A DNA stretch of 64,000 nucleotides from Verrucomicrobiota bacterium (GTDB taxonomy: Bacteria; Verrucomicrobiota; Verrucomicrobiia; Opitutales; Cerasicoccaceae), in the NCBI GenBank assembly GCA_039818205.1, contig JBCBUK010000010.1, positions 32,001 to 96,000 on the forward strand. The letters are read 5' to 3'. A program made the position numbers and the translations under genes. How positions within the stretch are numbered: the stretch's first letter is position 1; each line of letters opens with the position of its first letter. The notes beneath the pieces were generated by a model that saw nothing but the letters and a program-made list of their open reading frames with translations, was not told where the DNA came from and made no database searches. Shown one piece after another: positions 1 through 9,281 of this stretch.

Positions 1-2
1 GC

Positions 3-1328
3 CTGAAGACGGGAACTCCGCCCCGCATCCTTGGTTCGAGTATCGATCTGTCGAAGTGTGAGCGGCAGGCCGGGGATGAAAAGCCAACCTTGTTTGCGTT
101 TTACGATACGCGGTTCGGCAAATCATTGTTCCACGTGGAACAATCGGATTTGGCGGAAGAGGAGCGGGCGGCATTGTTCCACGTGGAACATGAGGGTCAG
201 GAGAAGCTGGGCTGGTGGCCAGGAACGGATCAGGTGTGCTGCTGGACGAGCCAGACGACTGTGGCGACGGGTCAAGTCGTGCGCGACAATCTTCATCGGT
301 CCGCTCTCTATGGGGGTGAGATCGAGGGAGTGGGGCCGCGGTATTGTCCGAGTATCGAAGATAAATACGTGAAGTTTGCCGATAAGCCGACGCACAAGGT
401 GTTTCTTGAGCCGGAGGGCCGGAACACCGATGAGTGGTATGTCAACGGCATCAGCACGAGTTTGCCGTTCGATGTGCAGCTGGATATGCTGCGCAGTATT
501 GAAGGTTTGGAGAATGTGGCGATGCTGCGACCGGCCTACGCGGTGGAGTATGACTTTGCACCGCCAACGCAGCTATTCCCGTCGTTGGAATCGAAACGGG
601 TGGAGAATCTATTTTTTGCGGGGCAGATTAATGGGACGTCTGGCTACGAAGAGGCCGCCGCTCAAGGACTCATCGCTGGCGTAAATGCGGTGGCAAAGGT
701 CCGAGAGGAGGAGCCGTTGGTGATCGGTCGGGACGAAGCTTATGCTGGGGTTCTGGTGGATGACCTGGTGACGAAGGGAACCAGTGAGCCGTATCGGATG
801 TTTACCAGCCGAGCTGAGCACCGCTTGATCTTTAATCACGGCAGTGCGGAGATTCGTTTGTTTGAGCACGTTGAGCGGTTTGGCTTGGTGGATGATCAGC
901 GGATGGCGCGCATGCGTGAGAAGGTGAGGGCGGTTAAGCATTGGACGGCTGAGTTGGAGCGGATTCGTATCCGCGGAGGATTGGCGGGAGATGTAATCCG
1001 TAAGGCGAAGGATTTGGCTGAGGTTGAGTTGGTGCCCAACTTCGAAGCACAGGCGGAGGCGGTTCGCGCTGAGGTGCTTTATCGCGTCCGCTACAAAGGC
1101 TATCTTGACCGGGAGGAGAAGCATATCGCGCGATTGCGGAATTTGGAGAAAGTTAAGATCCCGCAAGGCTTGGATTTCCTTAACATGCGAGGGCTACGGA
1201 AGGAGAGTGCGGTAAAGTTGAATGAGATCCAACCGCGAACACTCGCGCAGGCGAGCCGGATTAGTGGCGTGAATCCAGCGGATATTAGTTTGCTTCTGGT
1301 GGCTCTGCAGACGCGTGAGGGCTCCTAG
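3..1328 (+). CDS. mnmG: tRNA uridine-5-carboxymethylaminomethyl(34) synthesis enzyme MnmG/GidA (5' end outside window)
   Basis: Frame is open from position 3: LKTGTPPRI..., then [45 protein letters not shown]-terminal [13 protein letters not shown]. All are MnmG signatures. The track start at 90 is internal. Confidence 0.97.
   Translation: MKTGTPPRILGSSIDLSKCERQAGDEKPTLFAFYDTRFGKSLFHVEQSDLAEEERAALFHVEHEGQEKLGWWPGTDQVCCWTSQTTVATGQVVRDNLHRSALYGGEIEGVGPRYCPSIEDKYVKFADKPTHKVFLEPEGRNTDEWYVNGISTSLPFDVQLDMLRSIEGLENVAMLRPAYAVEYDFAPPTQLFPSLESKRVENLFFAGQINGTSGYEEAAAQGLIAGVNAVAKVREEEPLVIGRDEAYAGVLVDDLVTKGTSEPYRMFTSRAEHRLIFNHGSAEIRLFEHVERFGLVDDQRMARMREKVRAVKHWTAELERIRIRGGLAGDVIRKAKDLAEVELVPNFEAQAEAVRAEVLYRVRYKGYLDREEKHIARLRNLEKVKIPQGLDFLNMRGLRKESAVKLNEIQPRTLAQASRISGVNPADISLLLVALQTREGS
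127..142. promoter_or_regulatory. parS site (ParB-binding palindrome), copy 1
   Basis: TGTTCCACGTGGAACA, a perfect palindrome matching the parS consensus; extends to 20 bp (125-144). Confidence 0.88.
175..190. promoter_or_regulatory. parS site, copy 2
   Basis: Identical TGTTCCACGTGGAACA, 48 bp after copy 1. Confidence 0.88.
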
Positions 1329-1364
1329 GCGATCACTCGTTTGCACTTTGAGGTGCCTCCCGTT

Positions 1365-1390
1365 AGCCAGCAATCTGGCTTCGATTTTTG
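1365..1390 (+). terminator. possible weak intrinsic terminator after mnmG
   Basis: AGCCAG-caat-CTGGCT hairpin followed by tcgatttttg. Confidence 0.3.
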
Positions 1391-1482
1391 ATATTGAAGA
1401 GGCGATTTGGCTTTGATGGCGGTGCGCAGTTTCGGATTCGCTAGTCGATTTTAGCTTCCGAAACGGTGGGTCGGATCGTGCT

Positions 1483-1510
1483 TGTTACAGAAGTGAAACG
1501 CTTGTGTTAC
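1483..1510 (+). promoter_or_regulatory. Pho-box-like 11-bp-period direct repeats
   Basis: TGTTAC (1483), TGAAAC (1494), TGTTAC (1505): exact 11-bp spacing, upstream of an OmpR/PhoB-family gene. Confidence 0.5.
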
Positions 1511-1659
1511 GTAGATTTTTCCTGGCGAGAATAGGGACATAAGTTACTGAATGATAGCATCTTAACTAAATTTTGATAAGGGAATATGTCAAAATTGATG
1601 GCAATCGTAACTTTCATGATTGGCGTGCGTGAAGAATTTGGCGTAGTTCTTGGCATGCT

Positions 1660-2364
1660 ATGACTCAAGATGGTGGAAAACGGATTCTCGTAGTTGATGA
1701 CGAACCAGATGTTACCGAGCTGGTTGAATACAAACTTCGCCAAGCAGGCTATCAAGTCGCTACGATTAACGATCCCCTGTTGATTATGGGCACGGCGCGG
1801 GAGTTCCAACCCGATCTGGTAATCTTGGATATCATGATGCCCGAGCTGAGTGGGATTCAAATTTGCCGGATGTTGCGGGCGGACCCGAGTATGTGTAAGA
1901 TCCCTATCGTTTTCTTAACCGCACGCGGTGAAGCTGAGGATCGAGTCAAAGGATTGGAGACTGGTGCCGACGATTACATCAGTAAGCCATTTGATTCCCG
2001 AGAGCTTCTCCTCCGGGTCACCGCAGTGCTTCGTCGTTTGGACCGTCCTAGCGGGGAGGAAGGTGGTAGCACCTTGACGATTTCTAATGTGGTTCTCGAT
2101 GTTGAGAAGCACCGTCTGACTTTGGCGGGAAGCCCGGTCGAACTCACCGCGACTGAATTCAAGCTCCTTCGATTGCTGATGGAGCGCAAAGGCCGAGTGC
2201 AGAGCCGCGAACACCTTCTCGTTAACGTCTGGAACTATGAAGCGGACATCGAAACGCGGACCGTCGATACTCATATTCGTCGTTTGCGCGAAAAGTTGGG
2301 TGAGGAGTCCAATATTATTGAGACGGTTCGTGGCGTTGGTTACCGGGCAGTCGATGCTAATTAA
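1660..2364 (+). CDS. phoB: OmpR/PhoB-family response regulator (PhoB-like)
   Basis: REC domain (ILVVDDE, LVILDIMMP, ADDYISKPF) plus winged helix (TRTVDTHIRRLREKL, IETVRGVGY). Confidence 0.85.
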   Translation: MTQDGGKRILVVDDEPDVTELVEYKLRQAGYQVATINDPLLIMGTAREFQPDLVILDIMMPELSGIQICRMLRADPSMCKIPIVFLTARGEAEDRVKGLETGADDYISKPFDSRELLLRVTAVLRRLDRPSGEEGGSTLTISNVVLDVEKHRLTLAGSPVELTATEFKLLRLLMERKGRVQSREHLLVNVWNYEADIETRTVDTHIRRLREKLGEESNIIETVRGVGYRAVDAN

Positions 2365-2452
2365 TTTGCGTGTGGCTTGATTTTTCGAGCCATTCCCTGT
2401 CGACTATGCGTGATTGCCCAGACGTGTTGGTGCGCGGGACAAAGCCGTAGGA

Positions 2453-3736
2453 ATGACTCTGCTCTGTATCACATTTGCCCTGATTGCCGTGTTCTTTTAT
2501 ATTCGGCTGCGGCGAGTGCGTACTTTGCTCCGTGGTATGGCGAGCAGTCTCGAGGAGCGTCGCCAGTATTTATTTGAGGAAGAGGCTAACTGGGCCAAGG
2601 ACTTGGCCATCGACCGCTTGTCTACTGGAATCAATGGTCTAGTGGCGGAGAACGAGCGTGCCTCGCGGCAGGGCATGGGTTACCTGCGGCAGATTGAAAC
2701 CACGCTGAGTAATCTGACCGAGGCGGTGTTAATTGTCGACGATCGGAGCGCATTGGTTCTTGCCAATGATGCTGCCCGGGAGCTCTTAGATCTGGCGCCT
2801 GATTGTGTGGGTAGACGATTGGATAGTCTGTTGCATAGTGCTGGCTTCCTGGAGTTTATGGAATTGGCTGAGGCTGGTTCGGCTCCCGCTTGGCAGGAGA
2901 TTGAGATCATCAATGATCGTGATAGTTTGTTTGTCGAAGTTGCCGGAGCGAACATCCCAGAAAGCGACGCTGAGGGGCGCCCGCTAACCTTGTTTGTGTT
3001 ACACGATATTACCCGCCTCAAACGTTTGGAAGGCGTGCGGCGGGAGTTCGTCGCCAACGTGTCTCACGAACTGCGAACACCGGTAACCGTGATCAAAGGC
3101 TTTACGGATACCTTGATTGAAGACCACGAGCACCTGAGCAAAGACGAGCAGATTCGCTTTCTGTCGAAGATCGCCAAGAACGTTGAGCGATTGCATTTGC
3201 TCCTGGAAGATCTGCTGACTCTGTCCCGGCTGGAAGGCGATGTCGTGAACCTGAATCGGCAAACGTGTTCTGTACGTAAATTGATCCACGATGTGGCCGA
3301 GAATTTCCTGGCACGCTTGAACCTCGAGATTCAAACCTTGGTGTGCGACCTGGATCCGTCGCTGGACGAAGTTGTCATTGATCCGATTAAGTTCACGCAG
3401 GTCCTACAGAATACTTTGGACAATGCCTTGCGCTACGCGAAGGGATTTTCCCAGATCACGGTGAGAACCCGGCGTGATGGAGCCGCCTTTCTATTAGAGG
3501 TGGAGGACGATGGTTGCGGTATTCCTGAAAAAGACCTACCGCACATCTTCGAGCGCTTTTACCGAGTGGACAAAGGGCGCTCCCGCGAGCTCGGTGGAAC
3601 CGGGTTGGGATTGAGTATCGTGAAGCACGTGGTGCAGCTCCATGGCGGAACGATTGCGGCCCAGAATTTGCCCGACAATGGCTTACGAATTACCTGCCGC
3701 CTGCCGCTTAGACCGGTGGAAGAGTCAGTCGGGTAG
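2453..3736 (+). CDS. phoR: PhoR-like sensor histidine kinase (TM-PAS-HisKA-HATPase)
   Basis: N-terminal TM, PAS-like region, RREFVANVSHELRTP, IFERFYRVDKGRSRELGGTGLGLSIVKH. ATG 2453 preferred over TTG 2414. Confidence 0.85.
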   Translation: MTLLCITFALIAVFFYIRLRRVRTLLRGMASSLEERRQYLFEEEANWAKDLAIDRLSTGINGLVAENERASRQGMGYLRQIETTLSNLTEAVLIVDDRSALVLANDAARELLDLAPDCVGRRLDSLLHSAGFLEFMELAEAGSAPAWQEIEIINDRDSLFVEVAGANIPESDAEGRPLTLFVLHDITRLKRLEGVRREFVANVSHELRTPVTVIKGFTDTLIEDHEHLSKDEQIRFLSKIAKNVERLHLLLEDLLTLSRLEGDVVNLNRQTCSVRKLIHDVAENFLARLNLEIQTLVCDLDPSLDEVVIDPIKFTQVLQNTLDNALRYAKGFSQITVRTRRDGAAFLLEVEDDGCGIPEKDLPHIFERFYRVDKGRSRELGGTGLGLSIVKHVVQLHGGTIAAQNLPDNGLRITCRLPLRPVEESVG

Positions 3737-3802
3737 GGCGGTTCGATTTTTCTGGCCGAATGATCAAGGTCCGACTACTGTTATTATGTAATTTGACGTA
3801 GC

Positions 3803-3949
3803 ATGAAATTGACGAAACGAGAGGCTTGGAACCGCCGCCGCGAGCGCATCAGAACCTATTTTGGCCTGACGCTTGGGCTTGCGGTTCTTTTCTGGTTTGG
3901 CTCTGCTCCGATTGGCTTCTTCATCGGCCTTCTGTTAGGCTTCGGGTAA
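3803..3949 (+). CDS. small 48-aa membrane protein (not in ORF track)
   Basis: MKLTKREAWNRRRERIRTYFGLTLGLAVLFWFGSAPIGFFIGLLLGFG*: basic N-terminus, hydrophobic C-terminus; fills the phoR-trmB gap. Confidence 0.55.
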   Translation: MKLTKREAWNRRRERIRTYFGLTLGLAVLFWFGSAPIGFFIGLLLGFG

Positions 3950-3990
3950 ATTTCGTTGCGCGTCGTGAAAAACTTCGCTGGCTTCCTGTG

Positions 3991-4593
3991 ATGGTAGCAG
4001 AGGGTTACGCCAAAGCATTAGAAGATCGGTCCAAGCGCATTGAGCAGCTCGGCGAATGGTGCGCCGCACATTTAGTGCCCGCGGAGAAGCGGGTGTTGGA
4101 GATTGGCTGTGGGCATGGTCATTTCCTAACCGCCTACGCGCAGGCGAACCCAACTCAAACGTGCGTCGGCATCGACTTGGTGACCAAGCGGATTGAGAAA
4201 GGAAAGAGTAAGGCCGAAAAACGAGGTTTGGAGCACCTACTTTTTTTGAAGGCAGAGCTCAGTGAGTTCTTGGAGGCATTGCCAACGGGTTTGCAGTTCG
4301 ATCGCGTGTTCATGCTGTTTCCTGATCCGTGGCCGAAAAAGCGTCATCACAAAAACCGCATGATCCAAACGGCGTTTCTTGAACGCTTGGACGAGATTAC
4401 CTTACCGAACGCCGATTTCTGTTTTCGCACTGATCACGAAGGTCTTTTTGAATGGACCGTTGAGCATATCAATGACAGCGAGCACTGGGCCATCGATTCG
4501 GAGGCCGCTTGGCCGCTTGAGGAGCGATCCTACTTTCAAGATCTCATGGATTCGTGGCAGTCACTGGTCGCGCGCAAGCAGGGTAAGGCCTAA
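3991..4593 (+). CDS. trmB: tRNA (guanine-N7)-methyltransferase
   Basis: LEIGCGHGHF SAM motif, FPDPWPKKRHHKNR, RTD. Likely start is ATG 3991. Confidence 0.93.
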   Translation: MVAEGYAKALEDRSKRIEQLGEWCAAHLVPAEKRVLEIGCGHGHFLTAYAQANPTQTCVGIDLVTKRIEKGKSKAEKRGLEHLLFLKAELSEFLEALPTGLQFDRVFMLFPDPWPKKRHHKNRMIQTAFLERLDEITLPNADFCFRTDHEGLFEWTVEHINDSEHWAIDSEAAWPLEERSYFQDLMDSWQSLVARKQGKA

Positions 4594-6200
4594 CCGGGCA
4601 ATTGGAACGGGACTGACTTGGTCGCGTCGGCATGGGGCGCTGGCATATCCTTGAGCTTGGCGCGGATCTCGAACAAATCGGTTCGCCGGTCCTGTCTTGG
4701 TCGGACAGCACCGGAGTTGCGGGCTCGGTGCAAGTCATCAATATCGAGATCGGTGATGAGCAGGGTTTCGACGTTTGAGTCTGCTATCGCCTGAATTCCG
4801 TCGCGGGTAAATTCGAAATCGCTGGGTGTGTAGACCGCAGCTTGCCCGTAGTGGATATCCATTGCTGGAACACTTGGGAGATTGCCAACGATGCCCGCTG
4901 TGACCACGTAAATCTGGTTCTCGATGGCCCGCGCTTGCGCGCAATATTTGACTCGCAGATGCCCCTGGCGATTGTCGGTGCAGTAGGGGACAAAAATAAT
5001 CTCGCAGCCAAGATCCGCCAGGTAGCGGGTGGCTTCGGGAAACTCGATGTCATAACAGATCTGCACGCCGATTTTGGCTTTGGGCGTATCAACAACGTAG
5101 AGTTCGCTGCCGCCAGAGATGCCCCAATATTTTCGTTCGGCTGGCGTGATGTGCAACTTGGGCTGCGCGATGTGTTCACCATCGGGGGAAAATACGAGGC
5201 TTTTGTTGTAGAGTTTGCTGGGCTCATCGTCGTCGGGAATCGGGTGGCTGCCGGCGATCAGGTAGCACCCATACTTTCGGGCCAGACCCGACATCAGTTC
5301 GATGAATGGTTTGCGCAGATCGGCCAGGCGCCGGATGCCCTCCAGCGACGCGAGCTTTGGCATGGTCGAAAGGAGTTGCACCGAAAAGAACTCGGGGAAC
5401 ACGACGAACTCGCTCGAGTAGTCGGCGGCGGTTTCGACAAAGTATTCGGTTTGCGCGGCAAAGTCTTCGAACGAATCAATGCCGCGAACTTGATACTGGA
5501 CGCAAGCTACGCGCACTTTGCTCGACTGGCCGTCTTCTGGTGCCTCGTAGTCAGGGTTCAGCCATTCAATCAAGCTTGCATTGTTGAGGCTGTTGGGGTC
5601 TGGCAAGTAATTGTTTAAGATATCGCGGAGCACGAAGCCTTCCCGCAATTGGAAGCTGAGCACAAGGTCCTGGATCTCGCCGGCCTCAACCCGGCGCGCA
5701 TATTCATCCGGCGACATGTTTTCCGCGTGCTCGCGATAATTCCAAAGACGTCCTCCCGCGAGGATGCGCCGGAGGTTCAGCTCCTGGCAAAGCCGACGTC
5801 GTGCTTCATAGAGTGCGGCGCCCACTCCGCCTCCGCGGTAGTCGGGGTCGACATAGACATCGGCTCCGTAAAGGGTGTCGCCCCGTGGATCATGGTTGTG
5901 GAAGTAGCCGCCATCGGTGATGCCGGTGTAGGTGTGCGGGCGAAGAGGCTCGGATCCTAAGTCGACAATCAAACTGCAAACCGCACCCACGATGGTGCCT
6001 TCCACTTCGGCGAGTAACTGGCCTTGAGGAAAGTAATGCAGGTGGCTGAGCAGGTGTCCCTCCTGCCAGACGACATTCTCTTCGGCGAGCAGGGGGTATG
6101 CTTTCTTGTTCAGGCGAACGAGTGCCGGGATATCCGCGCGAGTTACCTGGCGAATGAGGATGGCTTTGCCGTTTTTACTGGTGACCGTGAAGGGCTGCAT
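4590..6200 (-). CDS. GNAT acetyltransferase / carbon-nitrogen hydrolase fusion
   Basis: N-terminal GNAT (VYVDPDYRGGGVGAAL); C-terminal nitrilase triad motifs FPE, KLH, ICYDIEFPE. Confidence 0.9.
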   Translation of the reverse strand: MQPFTVTSKNGKAILIRQVTRADIPALVRLNKKAYPLLAEENVVWQEGHLLSHLHYFPQGQLLAEVEGTIVGAVCSLIVDLGSEPLRPHTYTGITDGGYFHNHDPRGDTLYGADVYVDPDYRGGGVGAALYEARRRLCQELNLRRILAGGRLWNYREHAENMSPDEYARRVEAGEIQDLVLSFQLREGFVLRDILNNYLPDPNSLNNASLIEWLNPDYEAPEDGQSSKVRVACVQYQVRGIDSFEDFAAQTEYFVETAADYSSEFVVFPEFFSVQLLSTMPKLASLEGIRRLADLRKPFIELMSGLARKYGCYLIAGSHPIPDDDEPSKLYNKSLVFSPDGEHIAQPKLHITPAERKYWGISGGSELYVVDTPKAKIGVQICYDIEFPEATRYLADLGCEIIFVPYCTDNRQGHLRVKYCAQARAIENQIYVVTAGIVGNLPSVPAMDIHYGQAAVYTPSDFEFTRDGIQAIADSNVETLLITDLDIDDLHRARNSGAVRPRQDRRTDLFEIRAKLKDMPAPHADATKSVPFQLPG

Positions 6201-6339
6201 ACTTGCGGAAAATCACCGAAAGTCCGTGAAAATGCAAGCGAGCTTCACTGGGAAGTCGCTGCGGAATTGTAATTGCTTTGTCCGGTAGCGGAACATCGCT
6301 GAGTGACGTCAGTCCAGATGTGCAGGAGCTATTTACTCT

Positions 6340-7221
6340 ATGATTGTCTGGGCCATTATCATTGTCGCGATACTAATACTGGCGATACCGCCAACGATTC
6401 GTGCGCGCACGTGGTCGGTGTTTTTCGTTAGTGCTTTTTTTGCGACTGTCGGAGTCGTTCTACCGCTGCTCGTGTTTTTCTTTAGTAGCATGCTGGTTCC
6501 AGAATGGAAGGGTGGGGCACGATACGGGTGGCTGGATAGTTTCCATCTCGGCAAACTCGCGCTGCTACCGTTGGTGCTGTGGGCAACCGCGGCCTTCTAT
6601 TCGGTTCAGATGTTGAAGCTCGACGCGATTCCTCGCCGATGGGAAACACTCGGGCTATTTATTGGAGCGGTTGTCAGCACCGTGTGTTTCGTCTTTGGTA
6701 TTTTTGTCCATGGAGGCGATCGCATCGCATGGTGGTTAGCGGTTCCTGGCTACGTGGCGATCGGGTATGGACTGCTGAGTTGGCAATCGATTCGCATGTC
6801 GGACCTGAAACCATTTGCCTATGTCCTAACGCTTGCAGGATCCGTCCCGTTTTGGATTGTGAGCATCTACTGGAGTCGAAAGCACCACTGGTCATTGCCG
6901 GACGAACCGCCCGATTGCTTCATCGTTAGTGCATCGATGCAGGGCCACCCGTTGGTTGTTGGAGAGCAATCGAAGATTGAGCGGCGCGGTGTTCTTCGAT
7001 TTGCAAACTCGCAGCTCCGGACGTTCTGGCAATTCGAAGCACTTTGGCAGGACCGTTCACCGAGAACGCATCGAAGCTTTCGGCACCTCTATAACTACAT
7101 TGGACCTCGGATTGCCGCTCAAATTCGGACCCCGGTCGTTGCCGATATCGTCTACTTTTTGCTCAAGCCGTTTGAGGTTTTCGCCGCGCTGGCGATCGCA
7201 CTCGTTAGGCGATCAAAATAG
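6340..7221 (+). CDS. multi-pass membrane protein, DUF6688-like
   Basis: About 6 hydrophobic segments, then PPDCFIVSASMQGHP...NSQL...FE...YNYIGP...ADIVYFLLKP. Confidence 0.7.
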   Translation: MIVWAIIIVAILILAIPPTIRARTWSVFFVSAFFATVGVVLPLLVFFFSSMLVPEWKGGARYGWLDSFHLGKLALLPLVLWATAAFYSVQMLKLDAIPRRWETLGLFIGAVVSTVCFVFGIFVHGGDRIAWWLAVPGYVAIGYGLLSWQSIRMSDLKPFAYVLTLAGSVPFWIVSIYWSRKHHWSLPDEPPDCFIVSASMQGHPLVVGEQSKIERRGVLRFANSQLRTFWQFEALWQDRSPRTHRSFRHLYNYIGPRIAAQIRTPVVADIVYFLLKPFEVFAALAIALVRRSK

Positions 7222-7239
7222 ATCGGGTTCACGGAAAAT

Positions 7240-7476
7240 CTATTCCGCTTTCTGGATCGCCTTCGCACCAACGGAAATGCCGCTGATCGCACCCGCGACG
7301 GGCACAATAAATAGGAGCGCGAGTAGGATGATCGCGTGAATGAAACCAGGTACCGCCAACTGCGCGCTCAACGGGATCAGGAAGACGACCGAAAAGGTAA
7401 AAGCAAGACAGGCGATAGCAAAAGAAATGCCGCACACGGTGAGTTTATCTTTCGCAGATTCTGGTAATTCGATCAT
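7240..7476 (-). CDS. small two-TM hypothetical protein
   Basis: 78-aa ORF with two hydrophobic helices, downstream of the ABC operon on the same strand. Confidence 0.55.
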   Translation of the reverse strand: MIELPESAKDKLTVCGISFAIACLAFTFSVVFLIPLSAQLAVPGFIHAIILLALLFIVPVAGAISGISVGAKAIQKAE

Positions 7477-7524
7477 GGATACAGTTTAGGACCGAATGCT
7501 GAACCTGTCAATGCCTGAACTAGT

Positions 7525-8367
7525 TTACCCTTTTCCGCCAGTCGTCGCGATTCCTTCGATGAAGTAACGTTGAGCAAAGAAGAAGAGTGCGATTACCGGA
7601 AGGATGACCAGCGTTGAGGCCGCCATGAGATAGTGCCAGGAGGTGCCCCCGGATTGGCTTTGGTAGGATTGTAGCCCCAGCGAGAGCGTAAAGTCCTGCT
7701 GATTGGTTAGGTAAATCAGCGGACCAAGAAAGTCATTCCAAGTGGCCATGAATTGGAACAGGGCCACAACAATAATTGCGGGTTTTGCCAATGGCAGGAT
7801 AATGCGGAAACAGATCTGGAGTTCCGAAGCGCCGTCAATGCGTGCCGATTCCGAGAGCTCTTTAGGAAGGGTTAGCATAAACTGCCGCAGGAGGAAAATG
7901 TTGAAGGCCCCCGCAAAGAAGGTTGGTACCCACAGGGGCTTGAAGCTGCCAATCCAACCGAGATCGCGAAAGACCAGGAAGATGGGAACCATAATGATGG
8001 GGAAGGGGATCATCATAGTGGCAAGGACAAGCATGAACGTCTTGTCGCGCCCGGGCCATTCGATACGAGAAAACCCGTAAGCGGCCAGGGTACTGCTGAT
8101 CACCGTTCCAATCACGGTCATCAAGCAGAGGTAAAGCGTGTTCCAGGTGTAGCGCCAAAACTCCCCCATCTCATCGATGGCCTGGGGATAGTTTTCCCAT
8201 TGCAGATCACTGGGTAGCCATTGTGGTGGCATCGCCATGGTTTCCTTGAGTGGCTTGAGGGAGGTGCTGACCATCCAGGCGAAGGGAGAAATAAAGACAA
8301 TGGCACCCGCGATCAGCATCAGGTAGATGCAGACGGTCTGAACACGTTGTGCGGTTTTGGCGGTCAT
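7525..8367 (-). CDS. carbohydrate ABC transporter permease (MalG-like)
   Basis: EAA motif ESARIDGAS; WNDFLGPLIYL; FFFAQRYFIEG. Confidence 0.95.
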   Translation of the reverse strand: MTAKTAQRVQTVCIYLMLIAGAIVFISPFAWMVSTSLKPLKETMAMPPQWLPSDLQWENYPQAIDEMGEFWRYTWNTLYLCLMTVIGTVISSTLAAYGFSRIEWPGRDKTFMLVLATMMIPFPIIMVPIFLVFRDLGWIGSFKPLWVPTFFAGAFNIFLLRQFMLTLPKELSESARIDGASELQICFRIILPLAKPAIIVVALFQFMATWNDFLGPLIYLTNQQDFTLSLGLQSYQSQSGGTSWHYLMAASTLVILPVIALFFFAQRYFIEGIATTGGKG

Positions 8368-9281
8368 TTGCCTGCGTAGTAGATGTGCCGCTCGGAGACC
8401 TTCGTTGCGAGCAAGGTTAAGGCAAGGATGATGAGGAACAGGATCAGCCCGATCGCGCAGGCATAGCCCATGCGCCAGTTTTCAAATGCGTTAAAGAAAA
8501 TGTAGGTCGCGGTGAAGAGCAGAGAGCGTCCAGGACCTTCTTGACCATCGGTCATGACATAGGGAACGGCGAAAACCTGGAACGACATGATTAGCGACAT
8601 GATGCCGTTGAAGTAGATGACTGGAGATATGATTGGCAGGGTGACGTGCCAGGTTTTTTGCCAGAAATTACAGCCATCGAGATCGGCGGCTTCATAGAGT
8701 GTTCGCGGAACATCTTGTAAGCCCGCGAGGAAAATCACCACCGCATTGCCCACTCCCCAGGCACTGGCAAATATCAACCCGAGCTTGGCAAACTCGGGAT
8801 CGACGAGCCAGTTGGGCGGCGCGACATCGGAGCCAAACAGGGCGTTTGCCGTATCCGTAATCGGACGCAGCACGGTGTTGACCAGGCCGAGCTGGCCATT
8901 GAGTAGCCATCGCCAAAGCACGCCAAGGCATACGAGTGGAACCAGGGAGGGGAGAAAGTATATCGTGCGGAAGATCTTTTTGCCGGGAAGGTCGAAGTTT
9001 AGCAGGATGGCCAAAAATAGGGCGATGATGAGATTGAGCGGAATCGAGATCGCGGCAAAGTAGATGGTGTTCCAAATGGATTTCCAAAACAGCTCGTCGG
9101 CCAACATATCGGAGTAGTTTTCCGTGCCGATAAAAACGGGTTTCGAAAGAACCGCGTAATCATGGAATGACAGATAGGCCGAACTCAAAAATGGGTAGAG
9201 GTTCAGCACCAGGAAGCCAACAATCCAGGGGCTGATAAACATGAGCCCCGTGCGCAGCCGTTGTCGTTCCTGTCGCGTCAT
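8364..9281 (-). CDS. carbohydrate ABC transporter permease (MalF-like)
   Basis: FLAGLQDVPRTLYEAADLDG; 4-bp overlaps with both neighbours. Confidence 0.95.
   Translation of the reverse strand: MTRQERQRLRTGLMFISPWIVGFLVLNLYPFLSSAYLSFHDYAVLSKPVFIGTENYSDMLADELFWKSIWNTIYFAAISIPLNLIIALFLAILLNFDLPGKKIFRTIYFLPSLVPLVCLGVLWRWLLNGQLGLVNTVLRPITDTANALFGSDVAPPNWLVDPEFAKLGLIFASAWGVGNAVVIFLAGLQDVPRTLYEAADLDGCNFWQKTWHVTLPIISPVIYFNGIMSLIMSFQVFAVPYVMTDGQEGPGRSLLFTATYIFFNAFENWRMGYACAIGLILFLIILALTLLATKVSERHIYYAGK

Noticed and set aside
127..190. Direct repeat with a 32-bp spacer as a mini-CRISPR
   Set aside because: Only two 16-bp copies, inside a coding frame, no cas genes, and an exact parS match.
3826..3990. 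N-terminal extensions in the track for trmB (also VOC 11081-11281, SSS 14161-14373, TIR 42684-42770, prfB 31371)
   Set aside because: They overlap neighbouring genes; downstream ATGs match where family homology begins.
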